A program made the position numbers and the translations under genes. From positions 84,754,001-84,818,000 of the forward strand of contig OX597825.1 in assembly GCA_951406725.2 (NCBI GenBank): DNA of 64,000 nt, in the 5' to 3' direction. The DNA comes from Octopus vulgaris. Its lineage: Eukaryota. The notes under the pieces are model-generated. The model did no database searches, was not told where the DNA came from, and saw only the letters and a list, made by a program, of their open reading frames with translations. Shown here one piece after another: positions 13,595-28,874 of the stretch; the first letter of the stretch is position 1, and each line of letters starts with the position of its first letter.

Positions 13595-13714
13595 AATAAA
13601 TTTATGTGAGGCATTAAGAGCTGCATTACATCTGATATTGTTGAGGATAGAAACACTCTGAGGCACAAACGAATTGCAGTCATAACGATATATCGCCGCA
13701 TGTATAAATGCATA

Positions 13715-13924
13715 CAGTAATCCTTCGACTATCGCGGGTGCTATGTTCGAAAACCTCACGCGATAGGAGAAAATCCGCGAAGTAGAAACAGTACTGTGTT
13801 TATATTTTTAAACAACACCACGGAGGAATAGACTTAAATGATAAACCGCGATTGTTGAACCGCGATAGGTGAAGTGCGATAAATATCCGCGATAGGTGAA
13901 CCGCGATATGGTGAGGGCTTACTG
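13715..13924. mobile_element. Tigger/pogo-type MITE
   Basis: TIRs CAGTAATCCTTCGACTATCGCGG and CCGCGATATGGTGAGGGCTTACTG, TA on both sides, internal CCGCGATAGGTGAA repeats. Confidence 0.85.
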
Positions 13925-14039
13925 TATATATATATCGATATATATGTATATATATATATATATGTTTGTATGTATGTATGTATGTATGTATTTAAGCATA
14001 TATATTATCGTAAAACTCTACTTGATTGCAACATCGAAT

Positions 14040-14240
14040 TGAAAGGTCACCGTGCCTGGGGAAGTATTGTGAGTGACTTCCGTAGACGGAAACAGAAAAT
14101 GAATGACCAATAGAATACGTACAAGGCTTAAAAACAAAAACAACAAATATCGGGGTTAGTTCGTTAGATTCAAATCCTTCTAGGCGGTGCTGCAGCATGG
14201 TCGCTCTCTAATGACAGAAACACGTAAAAAATAAAAGGTA
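14040..14240 (+). mobile_element. SINE family C, decayed
   Basis: Tail GGCGGTGCTGCAGCATGGTCGC..AATGACAGAAAC, also seen at 21511 (+) and at 37445, 41620, 46900 and 50220 (-). Confidence 0.6.
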
Positions 14241-15046
14241 CCTAGGAAAACGCATACACACACACACGTTCTCTGTCTGTGTGTCTTTCTCTCTCTCCAA
14301 ACCCGCATTCTTCTCCGTGAAGCTCTTGATATTCCGTACATCACGGCTGACTCAACAATGTTTAGAAAGAATTTGTCTTTCGTTCATTGCTTCACTTCTT
14401 TTCTCTTCAACCTTTTAAATTCGTCACCAGCTTTCAACTACCAAGAGACTAAAGCCATCCGTGCAATGCTCCATTTACCTTACAATGTACATAAACTCTT
14501 ATCAAGCCAGTCCCATAACATCTGACATATGAAGAAATAAGAAGAAGAAAAAAAAAAAGACAAGCGACGATACTTTTACGGTTCGTGTTTTAATCTGTTT
14601 TTTGCTCGACTTTTCTTCAACTTTTGTTTCTTTGTCATTCATAGTCTATTACTTTCACTGTCATTCTCTCTGCCACACTATTTATGACACCCTCTCTCTA
14701 CCTCCCTCTATCTCTTTCTGTTTCTCTGTAACCATTTCCCCTCTCTCTCACATACACCACACAAATACAAAAACGCACCTGCATGCAACACACACATACA
14801 CAAATAAGCATATAGTTTTAAGAATATATTTGCATGAACACACACACACAAATTTATATCCATATATATATATTATATGTATATAATATATATATATATA
14901 TATGCATAATATATATATATATTTTTTCATACATGTATAATACATATACATATATAGACATATATGTGCATAATTATATAGAAATAATTATATACATACA
15001 TATATATACATATATGTGTATACATATATGCATATATACGTAGACA

Positions 15047-15088
<42 letters not shown>

Positions 15089-15544
15089 CACACATATATA
15101 TATATTTATATAAATATATATATATGTGTGTATGTGTGTGTGTGTGCAAGAGTGGGTTGTGCTGTGTGTGTTTACTTTTCATAATCTTTCACTTGATAAA
15201 TGACTCGTTGACTCTATGATTCCAAGTATATCAATGTCGTCGTGGGACCAAGCTGCTTCACTTCGACAGATTTGATTGGACAAGATTTGAAGCAGTAAAA
15301 ATTCCTGATTGGTAATATAAAATCAATGGAAAGTGTTGGCAATACACCGATGAATTGAGCAACTTCGTGAAGAACTTCAGAGATTATAAAGAAATCTGAA
15401 GAATAGAGACTGTTGTGTAGTTTTTGAGAATAATTATTGAAAATGATAGATGGCGTACGGTGTCGGGGGTGGTGGTCGTCGCCGCTGTTACAAAGTGTAC
15501 GTTTGTGAGCGTGTGTGTGTGTGTGTGTACATGTATATACGTTT

Positions 15545-15585
<41 letters not shown>

Positions 15586-15648
15586 TGTATGCATATGTAT
15601 ATATTTATATATACACACATATATACATATATATTCATATATGCCAAC

Positions 15649-15698
<50 letters not shown>

Positions 15699-16949
15699 TT
15701 ATATATACATAAATAAATATATACATGCATATAAGTATATAATAGGTATATGTATATATTTATATATACATACATATATATATACACACACATTTATATA
15801 TATATATGTACAGAATACATATATATTTTTATATATATATGTATCTATATATGTGTATATGATATAGATGTTTATATATATATACATGGATGTATTTATG
15901 TATATACGCGAGTGTGTTTGTGCATTGTCAGTGGCAAGACGATCCATTGAAAAGAATATTCCTAGAAAACATATCACCCCCCATACACACATATAGAGAA
16001 ATTCACCACTCCCACACGTAGTCTCACAAGTACTCACAACCACCAGATATACATATATATTTTTTTTTCTGTATAGATAGCATTCGTTTAGTACATTGAT
16101 AGAAGTCTAGAAATATTAAATCGATCCAGTGTATTAATGGAATTTATCGAACCTGAAGGAAAGAAAAATATAACACTTGGCGCGATGGGATTTGAACTTA
16201 CGTATTTCAGTAAAGCAAGAATTAATGTATTGTCAAACAACAAATATGAAATTGTACTGTTGATGATAATAAATACCGACTTATATAACATTAATACGGT
16301 GGATTAAGGGTGCAGTGAGTCTTCAATATTTCTTATTTGCTAATTTCATTATCCAATAACCCCCTTTCGTGTGCACTATTGGTGCAGTTTGAATTTGGGA
16401 CGATAAGGGATGCATGGTCCTATGCACGCACTGATCGACCCAAAGATTGAATGCTTCATCGTGGTTTGAGAGACTGTTTAGAAACAACCGACAAATCTCC
16501 CTTATACTGAACAATGGAGTTTTAAATATTAACCTTTCTATTACTGGCAACACGTAGAGGATGATGTGGAATGGAATGCCAATTGCGATTGATGAATAAC
16601 CAATGCGTTGCAGGGGTTGCATGGACCATGCACCTCGTATACCGTTCAAATATCGCTAAACAAGGGGCCATTAATGTTCGCTTTATATCATCGCAGTTCC
16701 ACATCGAAAGGAATACGAGAACAAGGGACAGAATCCTGGTGGCCGATATTCGAGAGGGAAATAACTGAACGCAATATTTCGTACATTATCGAAGCGATTG
16801 ACGGCAAATAGAAGAAATGAAAGCGGGAACAGATGTGGGATGAGCGGCTTGAATTGTGAAAAGGGGAATAGTAGACGAGGTACACGGCAGAACATTTATA
16901 ATGACAGACATATAACCAGCATCGTCTGTCTGTCTGTATGAATGTTTGT

Positions 16950-17419
<470 letters not shown>

Positions 17420-18291
17420 TGTCTGTCTATCTCACTCTCTATATATATAAATGTATGGGTACACGCACAACCATACACACACACACACACACACATACAC
17501 ACACGCACAACACATTTATATGTAGAATGACTTATCAATTTATATCTGGCACTGCTTATGTATCCAGGTGTATAATAGACAAGCATATATATATATATAT
17601 ATATAAAATCACCCACACTCGAATATATATATATATATGTATGTATATATACTTGTATATACATACATACACACACACACACATACATATATATATACAT
17701 ATGCGTGAATGTGTTTATCCATCTATGTATGTTTGTTTGTATAACATTTCTAAATGATACGTCTGCATCAAAATGGTGTGGTAAAGACACCGAACTACAT
17801 AAATGGTTAAATGATTAACTGAGATAACGGAATGGTATGTTAAGAGAAGGAACGAAAACAAGGACGAAAGTCAACTCTACGAACATATATCAATATACAC
17901 TTCAAGATATTAAATATAAATGTATATACACCCTTCAAAATGATATATTGAAACGGCAAAATATATATAAATAACATATAAATACTAACAACAAATATAT
18001 CGTATATTGAATGTGATCAATTATTAACCGAATTTTCCCCCTCGCTCATGTTATTTCTCTCTCAGAATATTTCAAAGATTTCAAACCACTGTGTAAAACG
18101 GCCATTTCTTTAACTTTTCAATTCCTTGAAATTTTTCCTTTCATTTCTATATTTCTGGTTTCATTGACTTCTCAATTGCTGAACTTTACTCTTCTATGCT
18201 CTCCACCTTGCCACACATGATCAATCAATCATCGATATAAAATATATATAAACATACATATATATCGATATATATACATATATATATATAT

Positions 18292-18343
<52 letters not shown>

Positions 18344-18365
18344 TAATATATATATATATATATCG

Positions 18366-18435
<70 letters not shown>

Positions 18436-18518
18436 GTATCGTAATATATATATATCGATATATATACATGTATATATATATCGTAATATGTATATGTATG
18501 CATATCGATATACATATA

Positions 18519-18563
<45 letters not shown>

Positions 18564-19744
18564 GTTGCTCTTTTATTCGCCATCACTACGATCTTTCACT
18601 AATCTTTATTTGAATTATAGATTGCTTCCTTAACCTGATCGATCATTTTTTTTATCTTCTATGATTCTCCGATGTTTCAGTTTGATTTCATTTTCAAGAA
18701 TATTCAATTTTCTTTTCACATATAGATATTGCTTCCCTTCTTTTTCGATGTCTGTACGTGTAGAATGGGATTTAGAATGGTATATATGTGCCTGTATCTA
18801 TACTCAAGTATCGTTATACATACATGCATACGCAGATATACAAACATATACATAAGCATAAAAACCAATGTCATACTAACGTATGTGTCTATCTATCTGT
18901 CTGCCTGTCTGTTTGTCTATCCATCTATCAATCTATCAATCTATCTACCTATCTATCTACTTATCTATCTATCAATCTATCTATCTATCTGTTCGTCTCT
19001 ATATTCTTATTTATTTACATATATACACATATACTTATATACATATGTTCATAAATCACGTATATGTGTATACACATAGATATATAAATGCATATTCAGT
19101 GAATCATATACACACATACACTCATACACATAAGCACACTCACATATTTCTATTCATAACCTCTAAACATTAGAAAAGACAGACCTTGCCGACTTTACGA
19201 TTTCCCGCCACGAATAAATTGACTCAGCAAAATTGAAGCGGTAGCGTTTGAAGTCACCCATGCAATTTGATTTTAATAAACCATCATGTAAACTAAAATT
19301 TGACAGCAATGACCGTTAAGGACCCTGAAATATTATATGTACAAAGTTTTAGATGTAGCAGATATAATTTTACGTACCTATATTTATGGACCGACACGTT
19401 ACACGCTTCTAGTATAAGCAAGGAGAATATTTTTGAAAGAGATCTTTATGACGAACCAGGAATTGAAAATATTCTCGGCGCTTAAATTGCGCAAGGATTT
19501 GTATGGCGTAATGAAACGGGAAATCCCTTGAAGTGTGAATTTTGGGAGGACGAAACACACGTCACACCGATGGATGAAAAAAAGATTAGAAATGATTTAC
19601 CAAATGCTATAATATCATCAACGCTAGGTTTATTTAGCGACTAAAGCTGTGAAAGCAAATGTCAAATTCTCCTTCTTATTTTGCGACGTATAAACATTCA
19701 CTGACCCCAGCATACACACACACAAATATTCACGCCTGTATAGG

Positions 19745-19961
19745 GATTTCAAATTTTTACATAAGGCAGGTAATTTCGGGGAGAGGAAGAAAGGCGATTA
19801 CATCGACCCCAGTAGTCAGCTGGTCCTTACTTTCTCGACTCCCTCGAAAGGATGAAGGCCAAACTGAACCTCGGGGGAATTTGAACCCAGAACATAGAGA
19901 CGGACAAAATGCCGCTAAGTATTTTACCCGGTGTCCTAAAGATTCTATCATCTCGCCGCTT
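19745..19961 (-). mobile_element. SINE family A (short-tail type)
   Basis: CGATTACATCGACCCCAGT..GAAAGGATGAAGGC..CCTCGGGGGAATTTGAACCCAGAAC is the reverse complement of the family A core. Confidence 0.8.
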
Positions 19962-20016
19962 TATACGCCTATACAATTAGTATCTTCTTTCTGTTGTTGT
20001 TCCTGTCAGCTCCGCT

Positions 20017-20335
20017 GATCACAGCGTTTGTTCCCTGTCCGTCGTTCTCTTGCCATTCCTCTCCTCGTTGTTCCAAACGTCTTTCTTAAATCGTCTTTGC
20101 ACCTGACTCCAAGTGGTCTATTCCATTCGGACGGGTACAACTCGACAACTGTACGGCTCTACCGACTATCTATGAACCTTGCGACATGACCGGAACATGA
20201 CCCTTTGCATTGGGGTATTCTGCAATGATGTCTTTCTCTCCAGTTCTATTCCTGAACTTCTCGTTCCTTGTGTCATTTCTCAGCGAACTTCCAAACGTCG
20301 ACCTTCCCATGGCTCTCTTCGCAGTAAGCAGATGT
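20017..20335 (-). mobile_element. RTE-clade LINE 3' ORF fragment (pseudogenic)
   Basis: Minus-strand translation KRAMGRSTFGSSLRNDTRNEKFRNRTGEKDII..HVARFIDSR*SRTVVELYPSEWNRPLG matches the RTE C-terminal pattern QRAMER..IRNEEIR.RT..WAGHVAR..D.RW...W.P...RP.G. Confidence 0.8.
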
Positions 20336-21015
20336 TGTTCTTTAATTTAGTGAGGAATACATAAATGTGTCTTGTCATTGCTACATAAAGACCAATTGTA
20401 AAATAGCGGTTTCATTTATGTAGCATGTCACATTTCTAATAACGGCATAATATCTGCTGACAATCCCCACCTCAAAATCTTATAAAATGTTAATAGAATC
20501 GAAATACACAAAGAACGTAAAATGACACAAGCAGACCAGGATCATTTATCATGTGATTATTGTCTAAGAGAAAACATTGAAAAGCTTAATAGAAAAACCA
20601 TCTGCTTGGTCCAAATAATATTTTGGAACAAGGCGGCTTGTCTCTAGAACAATCTTAAAACAAACAAAAAACACAAAATTATCGCTACAGGTGATCGAAC
20701 ATCAGAAAATTAAAGGATTAAATGAGGATTTGGTGGGGTGCTAACGGTGGTGGTTGTGGTCATATTTCGCATCCGTTTTCTTTTAATCTATATTTGCGTT
20801 TTGCGTTCAAACCCATTTTAGCTTTGATTCTGGCTTTCATCGTTCTGGCATCAATAGAAATCGTGTCACCTCAATTAACCAGAATGTTGATACAATCAAT
20901 GAAACCCTATTCGTTACAAATGTCTGTGTTTTCCGATGCCAAAACGACAAATAAAAATCTCGGCGACACGTGACTGGCGATTATTTGCAATAGCTAAAAC
21001 CTGTCCCATGACTTC

Positions 21016-21047
21016 TGACGTCATCTGTCTGTGTGGTGATGACGTCA
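21016..21047. promoter_or_regulatory. Paired perfect CRE sites (TGACGTCA x2)
   Basis: TGACGTCA at 21016-21023 and 21040-21047, with E-box CACGTG at 20967-20972. Motif match only. Confidence 0.35.
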
Positions 21048-21570
21048 CACTCAGAAGAGGAAAGGCAGCTGTTTCCTTACGAACCACATACAAAAGCGCA
21101 ATCAGTGATGGAAACAATCAGATATTAGCTTCAAGGATCGAATCTTGGCAATGAGTTAAACTAGACAAAAGCATTCGGAAGATTTAATTATTGTCATACA
21201 GTGTCTGTACAATTGATAACACTGAATATAATACATACACACACACACACAGACACACACACACACACACAGACAACAGAGGAGGGACTTACCGTTAAAC
21301 AGTCCTCTTCTTTATATGTGTGTGTATGCATATGTGAATGCGTGTGTACATGTATATATAGATACATAAATACATATATTATCCAATAACAGTTTGACTC
21401 AGTTCCATGTATATATATATATATATATATATAAGTTTAAACAACAGCGTATATACATATATGTACATGTATCTATATATACATATATACATATATGTAT
21501 ATGTATCTAATGGCGGTGCCCCAGCATGGCCACAGCTCATGAGCTGAAAGTGGAAAAATCAAAATCAAAA

Positions 21571-21691
<121 letters not shown>

Positions 21692-22324
21692 TGTTGTTTA
21701 AACTTAAGTCATGTGTGAAGAGCGTTCTAATCATGACCATCTCGTCTTTTACGATACCTGTTAAAACATTTTCCAATTTCTTTAACCGTTTGTAGTGTTT
21801 AAGTCTGTAAGTTATGAAACAAGCGATTAAATGCTGCTGATTGCATTAGTGAGGTAGGATGCTTTAGCTGCCAGAAATAGCAGCCATCAATATCTTACTT
21901 TGAAGTATTAGTTAACTGAGTATTTATGCACATGGTGTGCCATTCATCAGAGCCGAATACTGCGCTGTTGGTTTTCCACCTTGATTTTAAATGAAGGATG
22001 TTGTACACTTGGTTTCATCAGACAAATGATACATTTATAAATGCCTTAAATGGTTGACGTCTCTTTATGGCCGGCTTGATATGTGGAAAAGCGATTGCTA
22101 ATCTTGACCTCTTATTCGAATGATTTAATCTCGAGTAAACAGTCTTTACGTGGTGTGAAGAGAATGTGCAAAAGAAGGTTGAATGTGACATTTCTTGTCA
22201 ATGCATGCTGCGCAGGATTATTATCCTTTTAGCTTTTCTGTGCAGCTAAATTTATGTAGATTCGATTTGAATGCTTGGTTTATTAAAAAAGGTAAATTTT
22301 AAGATGAACTCCTATCATAATACT

Positions 22325-22539
22325 GATTTCAAAAATTTGGCACAAGGGTTGCATTTTTGGGGTAGGGGAATCGATTACATCGTCCCCAGTGGTAAACTGC
22401 TACTTATTTTATCGATCCCCGAATGAATGAAAGCAAAAATCGACCTGAGCGGAATTTGAACTCAAGACTTGTAGACGGATGAAATGCCGCTAAACATTTT
22501 GATCAGTGTTCTAAGGAATCTGCTACCTCGACGTCCTTC
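22325..22539 (-). mobile_element. SINE family A with TSD
   Basis: Reverse-complement core. TSD CTCCT(A/G)TCATAATA(C/T)TG at 22309 and 22540. Confidence 0.85.
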
Positions 22540-23463
22540 CTCCTGTCATAATATTGGTGTTGTTGTCGAGGTGAAACGTATCATCAAAGATATTCCCGGC
22601 ATGAACACCACATTTATTTTTATGAGTACAGAGAAGTATATCATTTGATAATTCCCCGCTTCGTTGCAGACGTTATAAAGTTGTGATTTGGAAGGGATTT
22701 GCTATGAAAGAGAAAAGAAATATCTTCAAACAGGTATCAAAAAATGTATACACACTCACGGGTGTCATAAACTGACTTGATAAATTAGAAATCCATCGCA
22801 GGGACTAATATCTAATTATAACGTCAAGTGTTCGAGATGATTCTTTCGAAATTGTTATGAGCCATAAAAAAAAATAGAGAGAAGCGAAACAGCGTTTGGA
22901 AATGGCAATAAAGAGAAAGACATTTCCTTTTGGCATGGCATATAATTACGACAAATTCAGCTTGCTTTAAAGAATTTAGTTATGATTGCTTCCGATTTAA
23001 GCCTGTTATTTAAAATTCTTCTTTCGCAAATAACTGATGTAATACTTGGCAAAAATAATGGTTAAATGATGTTAGCTATCAAACAAATCATTCGCTATTT
23101 TAAAATTTTTATTTCGTTCAGATGTATACCCTATAATTTAGAGAAGGGATCTTGAAGGATTCTGACGCCTCTACATTTCTCAGTGGATTTAGGAATGTAA
23201 CTTATTTGAAGTCCGACAAAACGAAAAAGATATCGTGTTAGAGTATTAAGTCCTCAATAAGTTCTTAATACAGAACCCGCCTAAAGCCACGAATATGTTA
23301 GTATTTTTTTTGTGAAATAACGACTACGGACTTAACCAGAGTTTATGGAAGCTAAATCTAAGTATTTCGTTGTGATTGGGAGAGGTTGTAGCTTCAGGGA
23401 ATGCCAAACTTATACACTGAAAGTACACACACACACAAACACACACACACACACACAAACACA

Positions 23464-23504
<41 letters not shown>

Positions 23505-24974
23505 TCACACACACACACACACATTCACACACACACATACATGTGCGCACAAGACAAAAATACGAAAATATAAAACAAAGAACGTGATGGATTTCTCACA
23601 TTATCGATCAACAAACTGACTGATTGATTGTGTTTCATTATTTCTTTAGACGTGGCACACTGAATCTTACTTGCTGTTGTTATTCTTGCTTAATCTCAAG
23701 TATGATCTTATTAAACACTCCAGCTATGACCATCCTGTCTTAATTTACAGACATAATTTCTTGTATATCCATAGTTTCCTTCCTGTTTTGGTAAAAAGTG
23801 CGTGCAGTATGAGGACGTTATTGCTGTTGTTTTTAGCAAGGAGTGCGACCCCATGCAGTGTTACTTTGGAAGTTTATGACACTTCAAACCAGATATACAT
23901 AGATGTGGGCACATGCATACACACACACACAAACACACACACGTCTACACTTAAAAATAAGATGGAATTTGTTACCAAGATTATTCAGCTGCTCGATCCC
24001 CTGCAATACCTAACTCTTGGGATCATGGTGTAAATGTGTGAGTATTCCACAGAAGCGTGTAGCGTCTACGTAATAAATCTTACATGTAATCGGCATAATC
24101 CGAAAAGACAAGGCTGAACGTTTGAATAACACCTTTAGATTACAGGTGGATTGATGGTTGATTTTAATATTTTGATATACCCTTTTGGGGTAATGCCTTT
24201 GTAGATATCAAGGAAAATGTCTCTAGGCAAGAGTAACTAACCTTAACATTATATATTAAATACACGTTGTATTTTAATATATGTAAGGAAAGTGTTATTA
24301 AATATCACGATGAAACGAAGGATTATTTTCCTGTATTTAACTCCCTTCAGATCATGAGCTCTATAGTTATTTTAACCATACTAACTTCTAAATAAATGTA
24401 CTTCTTATAAACAGCTCCATTGTACTGCACAATGTTTATATTTAGAAATTATTAACGTGACACAGCTCACTTGGTGATAACTTGTTATGAAAACACATAC
24501 AGAATTCTTAAAATGATATCGGCCGTGACTTTCCTAATTATGGCTGCTGTGGCAGCTTTCATTAGCATTCCTGTGTATACTTATATTTGTTTTAATTATG
24601 CTCCTTACAAGAATAGAATTTGCCATTGATGAATTTTAAGTGATATTCAAGAGTTTTTTTGTGGTCAGGTTGTCATTTCTTTAGACGTCAGAGCTGACAG
24701 TGGATAAGCTGACAGCGGATGGTTGTACAGAATAAATAAATATTTTTATCTAAGGAAATCAGTGAAATATAGGTTGAAATGGAGAAATCTCGAACGTCTA
24801 AAGTTTAAAAACAATTTTCATTTTTCTTTTCTTTTTTTGCTCTGTGGGAGATATCCTGATTCATACATGTGTTGACTACCGTTATTTTGTATACACCCAA
24901 TTATATGGTGTGTGTGTATATATATAATCAAACATAAGAGACAGCCATTAAGCGATTGATCACTGAATACTCTG

Positions 24975-25157
24975 GTGTCTGGGGAGAGTCATCCTCTTTA
25001 ATGCCTTATAATGTAACACAGTCACCGGTAAAATTTTCACTTATTTCTTTTTCATTTTTCTAAAATGTTCGTTGGGTCTTGCAACCGTTTCTGCGGATTT
25101 GACTATTGTGTGTGTTGTATTATAAGGTACTAAAAGAGAATGACTCTCCCCAGACAC
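24975..25157. repeat. Fold-back element with ~46-bp inverted arms
   Basis: GTGTCTGGGGAGAGTCATCCTCTTTAATGCCTTATAATGTAACACA (24975-25020) is inverted at 25111-25157. Confidence 0.85.
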
Positions 25158-25226
25158 AATGGAATATGCTCCTAACCCTAAATCATAAAAAATGTTTGCA
25201 GAACAAATCCCAAAACGGAATATATA

Positions 25227-25289
<63 letters not shown>

Positions 25290-26656
25290 TTGTATGTATA
25301 TGTACATATATACATGCGTGTGCGTGTGGATGTACGTATATATGTGTATGTGTGCGTACGTACATGTGCGTGTGCGGTAAATACGTTGAGGGATTAAAGT
25401 TCAATACTCAACTAGCAATCAGAGGTCAATTCAGCTGAGTTAAAATTGGTTGTAAGAACGAAAGTCTCTAAGACAGAAAGTAAGGATTGGCATTGCTATT
25501 TCTAAACGGTACAGAATTAATCCAAGAATACTTCTGTCTGCTGCATTAGCACCAACAGCTATCAGACATTCTGCTTTCCAATTACTGCTCCCTTCATTTC
25601 ACTCACAACCGTGGTTACAAACGACATTTTCAATATCGATTTATATATTTTCTTAGACAAATATTGATTTTAATCTAAGTCACTATATCGCATATTTTAT
25701 AAAAGAAATGTTTTCAGATATTTTAAATTTGTGTTTCTTCTTCAACTATGTTAATGGCATAAGTGTAAAGATGTAGGTTAAAATGAGATCGAAACCATTC
25801 GTTTAGAAGCAGCAGGGTGGCCTCTCGGCAATTGCATGGTATCATAGAAATAGTAGCCAAGTGTGCTTCAAATCACATCCTACGCCATTTATGCAAAAGA
25901 AGAAAAAAATGCAAAGAAGAAACGCCCACATAAACAATAATCTCCTATCTACACTATTTCTGCATTCGATACAGTATTCAAGCTTTGAAGCCATTCATTG
26001 TGAAATTGCTGAATCAGGGTTTTTTAAATCTAAATAATATCAATATGCTTATAGATTATTATCTTTCGCTGTAATAGTACAACAATAAAATTAACATTTA
26101 TAAAATATTCATGCTTCATATTTTGTTTATATATTACATATATTGTAGGATATTCTGAGAATGTCCTTGATGCACTTTGCACTATTTTCAGCGCACATGG
26201 CTCCAAATGAATATCCGTCCATAATGGAACCTTCCTTTGTAACATTACTGTGTACAATATTGATTTCAAACATTTTGCACAGGTTAATTTATTTTGTTGG
26301 AAGTCTATAACTGACTATAACAATCTGTGTACTAGAAACGTATCGGTATTATTGGCCATGAAGCTGAAATGCAAAATCGAGCAGAGCGGGGTTTGAAATG
26401 AGATCGTAACCAAGTTTAACATAATACCGAAATGTACTTTGTCAGTCACTGTATCGATGTGTCAATTTTCAAAGCTTTACTATTTCTAAATAAAGCTATA
26501 TATCTGGCTTTTGTATGTTGGGTTGGTAATAATGTTTTACGATATATGCTGACATTTTGAGCAATAAATCAGATTATCCCATAAGTAACGTCTGGACTTC
26601 TATATTTTCAGTTTGTAAACGCTTTAACATATTTAAGAATGTATAATGACATCGAG

Positions 26657-27709
<1,053 letters not shown>

Positions 27710-27713
<4 letters not shown>

Positions 27714-28874
27714 TTGGACATATTTAAACTAATTATAATTCATTTTGCAGGACAATCTAATTGAAATTTCGCTAATTATGGCTCTCAAACATGAAAGTAT
27801 GTAGGGTGTATTTTGAGGCACATAATGCTTAATGAGTTTTAAAAAGGGGACTCTGCAACTGAAACGACTGGAAATATTCACTCAGCTTATGGAGAAGACT
27901 GACTGAATGAAAGAACATGCAGAAGATGGTTTGTAATATTCAGAAGTGGAGATTTCAACCTTGAAGAGGAGGCCCGAACGACGCGTCTAATTGAGTCTGA
28001 TGACAAGCTCCTTTTGGCATAACTTGAAAACGATCATACTGTTTCATTTGTAGAATTGGCAAGCAAGCTTTGTTCAAGGCATACGACTGTTCACCGCCAT
28101 CTTCAACAGCTTGGAAAGGTCCCTGAACTATGAAAATAGGTGTCTCCTGATTTGTCTGAAGTCAACCGCAAATCTCAAATCTCGAATGGACATCTGCTCT
28201 TCTCTTCGTCCGCGTGAACTCATCTCACCCATATTTGCACAAACGAGTGACTGAGGATAAAAATGGGTCTTTTATCAAAATGATAAGCATCGTAGACATT
28301 GGTTTGGTAACGGGGAAATGGTCCAACCACAATCGAAAAGGTTACTCCTTGCGACGAAGGGCCTTCTCTCGGTTTGGTGGGATTTGAGTTCCTACCAAAT
28401 AATGCAACAATCAATGCTCAAATCTACTGTCAGCAATTAGAGTGTTTGAACGCTGCTTTGAAAAAGAAAAGGTCTGCTTTTCTGAATCGAAAGGGAATGC
28501 CATTTCATCAGAGTAATACGCTAACACATACTGAGAAGATTACGTCACGGAAGATCGAAGAACTTGCCTGGAAGACAATCACTCATCCGTGTTATTCCTC
28601 GGGCCTTGCTCCTTCAGATTGACGTAGTTTACAGAATCATGTGGTTCGATTAACTCTCGAAGCGACCAGGAACGTCGAAACTACCATTTCGGAATTGTTC
28701 ACATCGAAAGCGAAGGTGTTTTTCATTAATAGTATTAAAAAGTTTACGAGTAGATGGAAACATGTTATACATAATCATGGAAACCATATTTACGTTTAAG
28801 TTTCATTAAAATGTAAAATTTGGTCACTTGATATCCTTATTTAAAATCTGGACATTACTTATGGAATGACCCGA
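27710..28874 (+). pseudogene. mariner (DD34D) transposase pseudogene with right TIR
   Basis: Motifs LRHIMLNEF*KG, ERTCRRWF..FRSGDFNLEEEAR, K*VSPDLSE (WVPHEL), VTEDK (TGDEKW), FHQSN (HDNA), HPCYSSGLAPSD (YSPDLAPSD) and WKHVIHNHG, with many stops and frameshifts. TIR-like GGACATTACTTATGGAATGACCCGA followed by TA. Confidence 0.92.

Noticed and set aside
18664-18701. Minus-strand ATTC-TTGAAAA..GAAA-CATCG-GA-GAAT hammerhead-like pattern
   Set aside because: U16 is replaced by G and stem II is unpaired; plausible by chance in AT-rich DNA.
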